Assembly: GCA_022510865.1 (NCBI GenBank)
Contig: JAFLSQ010000004.1
Location: 28,539-92,538, forward strand
Source of the DNA: Treponema sp.
GTDB lineage: Bacteria > Spirochaetota > Spirochaetia > Treponematales > Treponemataceae
Direction of reading: 5' to 3'
Length of the DNA: 64,000 nt
Position numbers and translations under genes: made by a program. Shown here one piece after another: positions 54,946-63,795 of this stretch. Under the pieces are notes generated by a model that was given only the letters and a program-made list of their open reading frames with translations, made no database searches and was not told the origin of the DNA. Position 1 is the stretch's first letter, and the number at the start of each line of letters is the position of its first letter.

Positions 54946-57255
54946 ATGGTTGAATTATTGGCACCTGCTGGAAATATTGAGTCTTTGGATGCTGCGGTCG
55001 GTGAGGGCGCGGATGCTGTTTATCTCGGGCTGAAAAGTTTTAACGCACGGTTACGTACCGCGAACTTCGCATGGAATCAGTTTGAGGCTGCGGTGGATGT
55101 GCTGCACCGTCAGAAAAAAAAGGTGTATGTCACTGTGAACACCGTCTGCGAGGAGCGCGAGACCGAGCGGCTTTATCGTTTTCTGTCATATCTGCGCTCT
55201 GTCGGGCCTGACGCGCTGATTATCCAGGATTACGCGGTAATCCGCATGGCTCAGGAATTTTTCCCGGAGATGCCGCTTCATGCGTCCACGCAGATGAACG
55301 TGGAGAGCGCGTCTGCCGTGAGACTTCTGCAAAGTCTTGGCATCAGGCGGACTGTGCTTGCTCGTGAACTCGGTCTTGAGGAGATTAAAAAAATCAAACG
55401 CGAGACTGACGCGGAGCTGGAGGTCTTTGTTCACGGCGCGTTGTGTGTGAGCGAGAGCGGTCTCTGCCTTTTCTCAAGTTATCTAGGAGGAAAATCTGCC
55501 AACCGCGGAATGTGCACTCAGGCGTGCCGCCGTTTTTATTCTGCGGAGGTTTCCGGCGGGGCGAGGCAGGGCTACTATTTTTCTCCGTGCGATTTGCAGC
55601 TTATCGAGCAGATTCCTGATTTGATAGATGCCGGCATTAGCTCGTTTAAAATCGAAGGGCGGATGAAAAGCGCGGAGTATGTCGGAACAGTCGTCTCTGC
55701 CTACCGTTATGTGATAGACCACTACAAGGAGGACCGCAAGGGGGCAATCGCGACTGGAAAGCGAATTCTTGCCTCGGATTTTGCGCGCTCAAAGACAACT
55801 TACTGGTACGGATTCTCAACCACGGAGGATGGTGTCCAGAATGCCGCGGAAAAAATCCTGAATCCCGACCAGGCGGGCGGCACAGGAATTTATCTTGGGA
55901 AAATCGCATCGACGAAGCCCGCGCCAAAAGAGCTGATTCAGGCGTACCGGGATTCGCTTCTGGCAAACTCTGCGGAACCGGTCCAGAACATTCAGCTGGC
56001 TGCTCTGCAAGACGGAAATTATGACCCAGACCCGGGCGATTCAATCCGTCTGCATAAAAAAGATGACTCGGGCAGGGTGAGCCATAAAATCCGTTCTGTG
56101 GAGATTGACGAGCAGAAAAAGAAACGCTGGATTGATATTCCCGCCGGTTTTACGATGGGGGATGATGTCTATCTTTTGCAGATTAAGTCTGGCTCGAAGC
56201 GTTACGGCAGGGTTCTTCCGAATGACATCAGCCGGTTCAGAAAACAGCCGCGTGATGAGATGCTGCCTGTTCTGGACCTCACGCCGGTCAAGCAGAATGA
56301 GCTTTCGTATTTTCCTGAGGGCGTGTACGCACAGGTTTCCTCAATCCCGGATGTTTTTGCTGTGCAGGCTCTGAATCCTGTGCGCCTCATTCTGGAGCTT
56401 AATTCCGAGACCTGCTATGATTTGCTCAATAAAAAAACGGTGCTTCCGTTTCCCAAAAAGCAGGTCTACATATCGCTTGAGCCGTTTTGTGCGGCCGCTC
56501 AGGAGGATAATCTGAAGTCCGCGCTTGAGCAGCTGATTTCAGACGGCTACAATCAGTTCGTGGTGAACAATCTTGCGCACATCCAGATGCTGCGGAATTC
56601 TGACGTGAGGATGATTGCCGGCCCGTACCTTTACACATTCAACCGATGGGCGGTCTCGTTTCTGGAGAATCAGGACATCGGCGCGTTCATAATGCCTTAC
56701 GAGAATTCACGCAGGAATCTTGAGGCTACATTTGATGAGAGCGTGCGTTCTCGTGTGCTGGTTCCGGTTTTCGCATATCCCGCATTGTTCAGAATGCGTT
56801 TCAAACTGCCAAAAGACTACGATTTCACCTATTTTGAGGACAAGGAGGAGACTGTCTTTAAGGTGAACTCCACAGTTGACGGCTCTTTTGTGATGCCCGA
56901 GGAGCCGTTCTGCATCGTTGACAAGATAAAGCACATCAACGCATCAGGTTTCAAGCGGATTCTCATAGACTTCTCCAAGACAAAAGTTTCCCGCAGCCAG
57001 ATAAAGGCAATCAGCACGTCAATGGCAAAAGGGCTGCCCTTGTCCGGAATCTCGCGCTTTAACTGGAAGGACGGCTTTTACTCCCCCCAGCAGATGGAGG
57101 AGTATAAAGCCGCCTCAGAACGCGCGTCCGTGAGGGCATCCGCATCTGCCAAACGTGCGCCCGGGGCAAGCCGCTCTGGCAGGACTGCGGGCAATCAGCC
57201 GGCGAGAAAACGCTCCCAGACTGATGCCCGCAGCACGCGCGGCAAGAAACGCTAG
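54946..57255 (+). CDS. U32-family protein (peptidase U32 / Fe-S hydroxylase family), long form with a basic tail
   Basis: MVELLAPAGN...GADAVYLG is a U32 N-terminus. The Cys motif C167-x6-C-x15-C-x3-C194 is present. The C-terminal 50 aa is Arg/Ser/Lys-rich. Confidence 0.85.
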   Translation: MVELLAPAGNIESLDAAVGEGADAVYLGLKSFNARLRTANFAWNQFEAAVDVLHRQKKKVYVTVNTVCEERETERLYRFLSYLRSVGPDALIIQDYAVIRMAQEFFPEMPLHASTQMNVESASAVRLLQSLGIRRTVLARELGLEEIKKIKRETDAELEVFVHGALCVSESGLCLFSSYLGGKSANRGMCTQACRRFYSAEVSGGARQGYYFSPCDLQLIEQIPDLIDAGISSFKIEGRMKSAEYVGTVVSAYRYVIDHYKEDRKGAIATGKRILASDFARSKTTYWYGFSTTEDGVQNAAEKILNPDQAGGTGIYLGKIASTKPAPKELIQAYRDSLLANSAEPVQNIQLAALQDGNYDPDPGDSIRLHKKDDSGRVSHKIRSVEIDEQKKKRWIDIPAGFTMGDDVYLLQIKSGSKRYGRVLPNDISRFRKQPRDEMLPVLDLTPVKQNELSYFPEGVYAQVSSIPDVFAVQALNPVRLILELNSETCYDLLNKKTVLPFPKKQVYISLEPFCAAAQEDNLKSALEQLISDGYNQFVVNNLAHIQMLRNSDVRMIAGPYLYTFNRWAVSFLENQDIGAFIMPYENSRRNLEATFDESVRSRVLVPVFAYPALFRMRFKLPKDYDFTYFEDKEETVFKVNSTVDGSFVMPEEPFCIVDKIKHINASGFKRILIDFSKTKVSRSQIKAISTSMAKGLPLSGISRFNWKDGFYSPQQMEEYKAASERASVRASASAKRAPGASRSGRTAGNQPARKRSQTDARSTRGKKR

Positions 57256-57686
57256 AAAACGGTTTCTTCCTCGGCGTGTCTCACGTCCTGTACGCCGTTC
57301 TCTGTATCTGGAGTGTTCCCGATATAGCTTTTGTCAGAAATCTCCGTCTCCACACCCGGGCGGCGGAGAAGCTCAACCCGCTCTGCCACGATGTACACTC
57401 TGGACTCGTTCTTGCCGTCCTTGCTAGTCCATCGGTCCTGCTGAAGCCTTCCGACAACGCGCATGGGCGCGCCTTTCTTGCCGTATTTGCCGCAAAATTC
57501 CGCGCAGTTTCCGTAAGTCTCCACATCAAAATATGACACTTTGTCCACGGCGTTTCCATTCTCGTTCTTGTACCAGCGGTTCACGGCCAGCGAAAGCCTG
57601 CACACCTTGAATCCTGCTTTTGGCTCTGAGAACGCGCTGTCCCGCACAAGATTTCCGTCAACAACAATCGAATTTGTCTGATTCAT
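57252..57686 (-). CDS. ssb: Single-stranded DNA-binding protein
   Basis: OB fold (IVVDGNLVRD, SYFDVETYG, MRVVGRLQQDRW) and an acidic C-terminal tip EEETVF. AAGAGG RBS. Start moved to ATG 57686. Confidence 0.8.
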   Translation of the reverse strand: MNQTNSIVVDGNLVRDSAFSEPKAGFKVCRLSLAVNRWYKNENGNAVDKVSYFDVETYGNCAEFCGKYGKKGAPMRVVGRLQQDRWTSKDGKNESRVYIVAERVELLRRPGVETEISDKSYIGNTPDTENGVQDVRHAEEETVF

Positions 57687-57813
57687 ATAGCAACCTCTTA
57701 TAAATATGTTTGACCGGCCGGCCAGGGAATCATCCCTCATATATATAATTGCCACTGATTTTTCATTTCTGACGATTTTCCGGGAAAAAAAGTTTAAAAA
57801 TCCGATTTTTCTG

Positions 57814-59709
57814 CTAGGAATTGCTCAGAAGCCGGAGCATATAAAGTGTCACGTACTCAGTGAGCGCACGCTCCTCGTTGATTCGCTTCATGTTCGGAGT
57901 GTTCACGAGAGTTTTCGCAAGATTCTCGATTCGCTCCCGCGTGAACGTTCCCGCAGTGAGCGTTCCCATGACCCGCCGCGTGTAATCGCGGATAAGCGCG
58001 TTGACATCAGATGTGAGATTATCATGCGCCTCTTTTGTAAGCATTTTATTCCACTGCTTTATGAGATAGTCCAGCTCGCGGTCCACGGTCGAGCCTTCCG
58101 GAATCATATCTGATGAAATCTCTTTTGCGCGTGATGTCACGGCTTCTTTCTTTTTCTGCTGACTTCCCGCCTTGTGATTGTCCTCGCTCAGAATGTCCTC
58201 GATTGATTTGCTCGCGCTCCGATTCTCAGGCTTTTTCTTTTTCTTGCCTGACATGAACAGCGAGATAATCCATGAGATTACCGGGATTGTGTAGATGAGC
58301 GGAAGCCTTGCGCGGGCGTTCGTGTAAATCTGCGTGTTTTTGAGCAGAAGAAGCTCGCTGTATGGCAGAAGATGCCCGTTGGAAAAAAGCTTGAAGCCTT
58401 CCTGAGAGCTGTCATCATTCTCATAGGCAAGGTATGCGATGAACGCCGCGTTCAGAAGCGCGTGCAGTACGGGCGAGTTTTTCTCCACAAGCTCGTGCAG
58501 GCACACCTCGAATTCGGCGGCGTTTGACATCTCGGGGAGGCGCTTGTAATCAAGGAGCAGCGCGTGCCATTTTTCCTCAAGCTCCTTTGCGATTGACTCG
58601 TGGGCTTCGTTGCAGAGCCGGACAATCACGTGCTTGACCTTGTTTTTGTAGACATAATATTTTGTTCCGGACGTGACTTTAAAAACGAGAAGTTTCGGCA
58701 ATCCTGTCTGCTCGCCTTCTGTGGTCATTTTTTGCAGGAAATCCTTTAAATCATCATCCGAATACTGGCCGTAAAGGAATTTGCCGCTCTGATCCTGAAA
58801 TTTGATAATCTGCGGCATGGAGAAAAAGTAGGGCGATTTTCCAAGCTGCGCCTCAAGCTCCTTCAAGGCCTCCTCGCGCTTTTTGTTGTCCTGGAACTGC
58901 TCTTTGAGGCTCGTGCTGTGGATTTCAAGCAGCTGCACCGCCTGAAGAATGTTCGTGTCCTCAGAAGTGCGGTCCGCGATTTTCTCAAAATCCTGGCGGA
59001 TGTAATAAAGCGTCTGATTCCAGATGTAATAGTCGTCGCCGTCAGTTGAGTGCTCAAAATGCGGGTTGTCCGTGTCCACAAAATGCGAGTAAAAATTCCT
59101 GATTGTGATTTCCTTTGTGGGATTTGTAGTCCGCAGTTTTTTCAGAAAATAGTCGTGGTACTCATCTTTTTGCAGGACTCTCCTGATTTTCTGCTTCGCC
59201 ACTTCGATTATGACCTGCAACGTGACGCACTCGGGCATAAGAAGCACCGGAAGCTCCCGCGAGAATTCCAGCACGAACAAGGCCGTTCCCTTTGACGGCT
59301 CTTTTCCAATCAGCGAGGAAATGTACTGTGAAGCCGGCTTCCTCTCAAGGATGTGATCCGGGAACTGTTTCGGCAAGTCAGAGAGAGCCGGAAAAAGAAT
59401 GGCGGGGTTCACCATAATATCCTTGTACATGCCAGAATATTTTAGCGCAAGAGATGCGATTGATATTATCGTCTTTTTTCCATCAACATCGGTGACATAG
59501 ACAAGGCGTTTTTCGGCAAGCCCCTGAAGCTCCGCAGTGACCGTCTCCGTCGGATTCCCCAGGTATTTTACGAGCGCGGCCTCCTCCTCAACGTGGTGCT
59601 CGGCGTATTTTTTCACATAGGCGCAGAAATCACGCAGGTCGATGAAAGGACTGCCCGATTTTTCCGCATAGTGTCTGATTATAGAACTTAAATTCGATGT
59701 GGTCGCCAT
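57814..59709 (-). CDS. Large hypothetical protein (631 aa) with one hydrophobic helix near residue 490
   Basis: Long ORF with coding-like composition. Start at ATG 59709, preceded by GGGGA and a TTGTTG-17-TATAAT promoter. No recognisable catalytic motif. Confidence 0.6.
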   Translation of the reverse strand: MATTSNLSSIIRHYAEKSGSPFIDLRDFCAYVKKYAEHHVEEEAALVKYLGNPTETVTAELQGLAEKRLVYVTDVDGKKTIISIASLALKYSGMYKDIMVNPAILFPALSDLPKQFPDHILERKPASQYISSLIGKEPSKGTALFVLEFSRELPVLLMPECVTLQVIIEVAKQKIRRVLQKDEYHDYFLKKLRTTNPTKEITIRNFYSHFVDTDNPHFEHSTDGDDYYIWNQTLYYIRQDFEKIADRTSEDTNILQAVQLLEIHSTSLKEQFQDNKKREEALKELEAQLGKSPYFFSMPQIIKFQDQSGKFLYGQYSDDDLKDFLQKMTTEGEQTGLPKLLVFKVTSGTKYYVYKNKVKHVIVRLCNEAHESIAKELEEKWHALLLDYKRLPEMSNAAEFEVCLHELVEKNSPVLHALLNAAFIAYLAYENDDSSQEGFKLFSNGHLLPYSELLLLKNTQIYTNARARLPLIYTIPVISWIISLFMSGKKKKKPENRSASKSIEDILSEDNHKAGSQQKKKEAVTSRAKEISSDMIPEGSTVDRELDYLIKQWNKMLTKEAHDNLTSDVNALIRDYTRRVMGTLTAGTFTRERIENLAKTLVNTPNMKRINEERALTEYVTLYMLRLLSNS

Positions 59710-59737
59710 ATCTTTCCCCAGAATTCCCGATTGTATT

Positions 59738-59766
59738 ATTATAACCCATCGGATTGAATTCAACAA
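59738..59766 (-). promoter_or_regulatory. Candidate sigma70 promoter for the 631-aa hypothetical gene
   Basis: Minus strand: TTGTTG-17 nt-TATAAT, then a 28-nt leader with GGGGA before ATG 59709. Confidence 0.5.
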
Positions 59767-59810
59767 GTTTTTACCGCAAAAAGCCGTCAAATCATCACAA
59801 AAAACAGATA

Positions 59811-59839
59811 TTGAATTTTCCAGACAATACAATTAAAAT
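59811..59839 (+). promoter_or_regulatory. Candidate sigma70 promoter abutting the hisC-like start codon (leaderless arrangement)
   Basis: TTGAAT-17 nt-TAAAAT, then 7 nt (agtaaat), then ATG 59847. No Shine-Dalgarno. Confidence 0.5.
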
Positions 59840-59846
59840 AGTAAAT

Positions 59847-61016
59847 ATGCTGGTCTCAAACAGAGTTAGAAATCTGCATCCTTATGTTCCAGGCGAGCAG
59901 CCTGCGGACAGGGATTACGTGAAACTGAACGCCAACGAGAATCCTTATCCGCCAAGCCCGGAAGTGGCACGGTCTCTTGCTGATTTTATAACCGCGTCTC
60001 CGGAAAAAATGGGTCTTTACCCTGACCCGGATTCAAACGCGCTATGCTCTGCCATCGCAAGTATGCTGAACAGGACAGGCGGCGTTCTTTGCAGGTGCTC
60101 CGCGGACATCAACGGCGTGATCTCTCCCGCGCCTCAGGACAAGATTGGCTTTGAAATCACCCCGGATATGATTTACGCTGGCAACGGCTCTGATGAGGTG
60201 CTCTCATTCGCGTTCTATGCTTTTTTTGACCCGTCACGGCCGTTTGTGACCGCCAGATTCACTTACAGTTTTTACCCGGTTTACGCCGGATTCTATGACC
60301 TTCCGATGGATGCGGTTCCGCTTAATTCTGACTGGAGCCTTGACACAGATGAGATGATTCGCCGCGCGTCCAAAAATCACGGCGGGATGATTTTTGCGAA
60401 CCCGAACGCACCCACGGGGCTTTCTCTGTCACGCGAGCAAATTCGCAGAATGCTTTTGCAGACCGACAGCAACGATATTTTCATTGTCGATGAGGCATAC
60501 GCGGATTTTGGCGGCGAGTCCTGCATTCCGCTGCTCGCCGAATTCAAGAACCTTGTGATTGTGCGCACTTTCTCAAAAAGCCTGTGCGCCGCGGGGCAGC
60601 GGCTGGGCTATCTTGTTGCGTCCCCTGAGCTTGTAAAAGTCGTGACCTCCGTGAAAAACAGCGTCAATCATTTTCCAATCGATGTGCTTACGCAGGTTGC
60701 CGGCGCGGCCGCGTGCAGAAATCCCGCGTATTATGCGGACTGCGCGAAAAAAGTATGCGCGAGCAGAGACTCATTCCAGGATTTTCTTACTGCCAGCGGA
60801 TTTTCTGTTGTTCCAAGCAGCACGAATTTCATTTTTGCGAGGCATCCAAAAATCAGCGGGGAAAGGCTTTACAAATCCGTTAAAAATGAAGGCATTTTAA
60901 TCCGCCATTTTAACACACCCGGCATCGAGCAGTTCGTGCGGATTTCTGTTGGCACACCGCAGCAGATGTCGCTTCTGAAAGACGCGCTTGAAAAAATCCT
61001 GAGAGAGGAGGCTTAA
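59847..61016 (+). CDS. hisC: Histidinol-phosphate aminotransferase family (HisC-like class II PLP aminotransferase)
   Basis: LNANENPYPPSP, GNGSDEVL, NPNAPTG, VDEAYADF, RTFSKS...AGQRLGY (PLP lysine context). Start moved to ATG 59847. Confidence 0.7.
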   Translation: MLVSNRVRNLHPYVPGEQPADRDYVKLNANENPYPPSPEVARSLADFITASPEKMGLYPDPDSNALCSAIASMLNRTGGVLCRCSADINGVISPAPQDKIGFEITPDMIYAGNGSDEVLSFAFYAFFDPSRPFVTARFTYSFYPVYAGFYDLPMDAVPLNSDWSLDTDEMIRRASKNHGGMIFANPNAPTGLSLSREQIRRMLLQTDSNDIFIVDEAYADFGGESCIPLLAEFKNLVIVRTFSKSLCAAGQRLGYLVASPELVKVVTSVKNSVNHFPIDVLTQVAGAAACRNPAYYADCAKKVCASRDSFQDFLTASGFSVVPSSTNFIFARHPKISGERLYKSVKNEGILIRHFNTPGIEQFVRISVGTPQQMSLLKDALEKILREEA

Positions 61017-61017
61017 A

Positions 61018-61719
61018 ATGAGATTTTTGGTTCTGTCTGATTTGCACGCGGCGACTGAAAGCCTTGACAAGCTGGACAATCAGTTTGCCAAGGCGGATGC
61101 CGTTATTTTTGCCGGGGATTTTGCCGAATGTTTCAAGCCGGAGACCGGCCGTGCGGCTCTTGACGCGCTTTGCAGGAAGCACGAGTGCATTCTCGCGGTT
61201 CTTGGAAACTGCGACAACGAGGATTTTCTTGCCGATTTGGACGAGAAAGACGTGAACATCCAGAAAAGTCTTGTCTTCCACGAGGGCATCGCGTTTGCGG
61301 GCGCGGGCGGCGGCTCAAAATTCACGGGAAAAACTGAATTCGAGCGGACTGAGGAAGAGATTCTCTCTGATTTTGATATTATAACCAGCGCGGTGGAGCA
61401 GAGCGGGAGCGAGAATCTCTGGAAAAACCTGATTCTTGTCTGCCACAATCCGCCGAAGGCGGGCATTGTTGACGCGGTTAATGCGGAGCTTCACGCGGGC
61501 AGTCAGAAATTCACGGATTTTATTGCGCAGAGGCAGCCGCTTGCCGTAATCTGCGGGCATATCCATGAGGGCAGGGGAATCGAGAGAATCGGGGAGACGA
61601 CGGTCATCAATCCCGGCTCCATAGGCGAGAGCGGAAGTTATGCGTGGCTTGAGGTTGAGAAATCCGCTGACGGATTTTTAAGCGTCGTCAGCTCAGAAAT
61701 CTGCACGGTGAATGAATGA
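61018..61719 (+). CDS. Metallophosphoesterase (calcineurin-like, YfcE/MJ0936 type)
   Basis: LVLSDLHA, FAGDF, LGNCD, CHNPP and CGHIHEG are metal-ligand motifs. The start is 1 nt after the hisC stop. Confidence 0.8.
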   Translation: MRFLVLSDLHAATESLDKLDNQFAKADAVIFAGDFAECFKPETGRAALDALCRKHECILAVLGNCDNEDFLADLDEKDVNIQKSLVFHEGIAFAGAGGGSKFTGKTEFERTEEEILSDFDIITSAVEQSGSENLWKNLILVCHNPPKAGIVDAVNAELHAGSQKFTDFIAQRQPLAVICGHIHEGRGIERIGETTVINPGSIGESGSYAWLEVEKSADGFLSVVSSEICTVNE

Positions 61720-62696
61720 GTGCGGCTTGTGCCGGACGACTAACGGATAAAAGAGGTTCTGTGGATTTGAGAAAGAGTTTTTTTTGCGTCATTTTGATGG
61801 CTCTGGCATTTGCTCTCTGGGCGCAGGATGCGGCACCGGCTCACATCAGGTTTGTGACGTTCAGGAATAATCTGACTTACACAATCGGGGAGGACACTCA
61901 GGCTTACACAGCCGTCCGCACTGTGAAACCGTTCTCAATCAATAAATTCGAGACGACTTACCTGCTCTGGTATCAGGTGCGCACAGCCGCGGAGCGCATG
62001 GGCTATAATTTTCAGAACCCGGGGCAGGGCGGAAGTCAGGGGCGGCGCGGCGCGTTTCCCACGGAGGAGAATTCCGCGCAGCCTGTGACGATGATAAGCT
62101 GGTATGACGCGATTGTCTGGTGCAATGCTCTGAGCGAGATTCGCGGGCGTGTCCCGTGCTACACGTACAACGGTGAGATTCTGCGTGACTCATCCGACAC
62201 GGCGGCCTGCGATCTTTCTGAATGCAACTGGGATTCTGACGGCTACCGTCTTCCTTCCGAGGCGGAATGGGAGTACGCCGCAAGGCGCAAAAGAAACGGA
62301 TTTCAGCGCGGCGATACAATAAGCGGCCAGATTTCTGATGACCCGGAGGAAGGACTTTTGTACGCATGGACCGCGGAGAACACGAATTCCACAAGAATTG
62401 TGGGGACTGCCGGCCTTCCGTTTGACCCCAACACAATCGCACTGCCGGCCACAGGAAACGCGAATTCCGCGGGACTTTATGATATGAGCGGCAATGTGAT
62501 GGAATACTGCTGGGACTGGTTCGAGGATTTCACCGCAGATAACGAGCACGGCCCTGCAATGGGATTTGAGCGCGTGAGCCGGGGCGGAAGCTGGTCATCA
62601 TACACATTGTTCCTCTACAGCGGAGACCGCTACAGTTATGACCCGAACGAATGCTACAATTACATGGGATTCCGCATCTGCTGCACGGCAAGATAA
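61716..62696 (+). CDS. Secreted formylglycine-generating-enzyme (SUMF1/EgtB/PvdO) family protein
   Basis: Signal peptide, then YRLPSEAEWEYAAR, GNVMEYCWDWF and RVSRGGSW, which are FGE-sulfatase domain motifs. ATGA overlap at 61716. GTG 61761 with an AAGAGG RBS is an alternative start. Confidence 0.75.
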   Translation: MSAACAGRLTDKRGSVDLRKSFFCVILMALAFALWAQDAAPAHIRFVTFRNNLTYTIGEDTQAYTAVRTVKPFSINKFETTYLLWYQVRTAAERMGYNFQNPGQGGSQGRRGAFPTEENSAQPVTMISWYDAIVWCNALSEIRGRVPCYTYNGEILRDSSDTAACDLSECNWDSDGYRLPSEAEWEYAARRKRNGFQRGDTISGQISDDPEEGLLYAWTAENTNSTRIVGTAGLPFDPNTIALPATGNANSAGLYDMSGNVMEYCWDWFEDFTADNEHGPAMGFERVSRGGSWSSYTLFLYSGDRYSYDPNECYNYMGFRICCTAR

Positions 62697-62703
62697 TCCG
62701 GAT

Positions 62704-63750
62704 TTATTTGAGCCGCCTTTCCTGCCGCCTGAGTTTTTTTGTCTCCTGACGCAAAGCCCGCTTCTCAATCCTTGACTGTTTTTTCTCATTGCTGATTGCG
62801 CGGAACGTCTTTCTGCTGATGTTCAGAAGATAGGTGCTTATGAAAACCGAGACGAGGCAAAGCACGGTCGTAAGAATCACCGGGATGTAGCCGGGCAGCG
62901 TCTCCATCGGCAGCTTGAAGTTCATTCCGAAGTAGCTGGTCACAAAAGTCGGGGCCATCATCACAAGGTTTATGACGGCAAGTTTTTTCATCACTACGTT
63001 CAGGTTGTTTGATATGACCGACGAGTACGTGTTCATTACGCCAAGCAGGATGTTCGAGTAAGTGTCCGCCATCTCAATCGCCTGGCGGTTGTCGATGCTC
63101 ACGCCCTCAACAAAATCAAGGTCGTCCTCATCAAAATTGATGAGCTTTGTGTATGACATTTTTTGCAGGAGCAGCGAGTTGCTTTTGAGCGATGTGGTGA
63201 AATAGACGAGGGATTTCTCAAGACCAAGCAGAAGCATAAGCTCCTTGTTCTCAATCTCCATGTTCAGCTCGTTCTGAATGCTCACGGAGCGGCGGTTGAT
63301 TTCCTTCAGGTAGCGCAGGAAATTCGTGTTCGCGCGGTTGATAATCTGCACGATGAAGGACGGAAAATCAGTCAGTTTGATGTTGCGGACTCTGTTCGCG
63401 CCAAAATCTTTGAGCACCTCGTTGTCACGCCAGCAGATTGTGATGATTGTATTGCCGTGGATTATGATTCCGATTGGAACGGTGAAATACGGGGTCTCGC
63501 GCTCGGACTCGTAAATGGGGACGCGCACGATTGTGAGGATGTAGCCGTCGCCGTCGTCAATGCGCGAAAGCTCGTCCGGATCCAGAATATCAAGGATGTG
63601 ATCCTGCTCAATGCCGTAAGTCTCCTGCAATTCCATCGTCTCGTCACGGGTGACGTTCACAGCGTCCACCCAGAGCGGCAAAGCCTTGTTAATCTCATCC
63701 TTTTTTGTCTTTGAGAACTGCCCGTCAATCTGCTGCCAGTATGTAATCAT
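62704..63750 (-). CDS. corA: Magnesium/cobalt transporter CorA
   Basis: YFGMNF signature between two C-terminal TM helices, with a cytoplasmic N-domain. An unusual 35-aa Lys/Arg-rich tail follows TM2. Confidence 0.9.
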   Translation of the reverse strand: MITYWQQIDGQFSKTKKDEINKALPLWVDAVNVTRDETMELQETYGIEQDHILDILDPDELSRIDDGDGYILTIVRVPIYESERETPYFTVPIGIIIHGNTIITICWRDNEVLKDFGANRVRNIKLTDFPSFIVQIINRANTNFLRYLKEINRRSVSIQNELNMEIENKELMLLLGLEKSLVYFTTSLKSNSLLLQKMSYTKLINFDEDDLDFVEGVSIDNRQAIEMADTYSNILLGVMNTYSSVISNNLNVVMKKLAVINLVMMAPTFVTSYFGMNFKLPMETLPGYIPVILTTVLCLVSVFISTYLLNISRKTFRAISNEKKQSRIEKRALRQETKKLRRQERRLK

Positions 63751-63795
63751 AATTTGCCCCCGTTTTTTGATGAGCCTTCTGGAGCAAATCTGATT

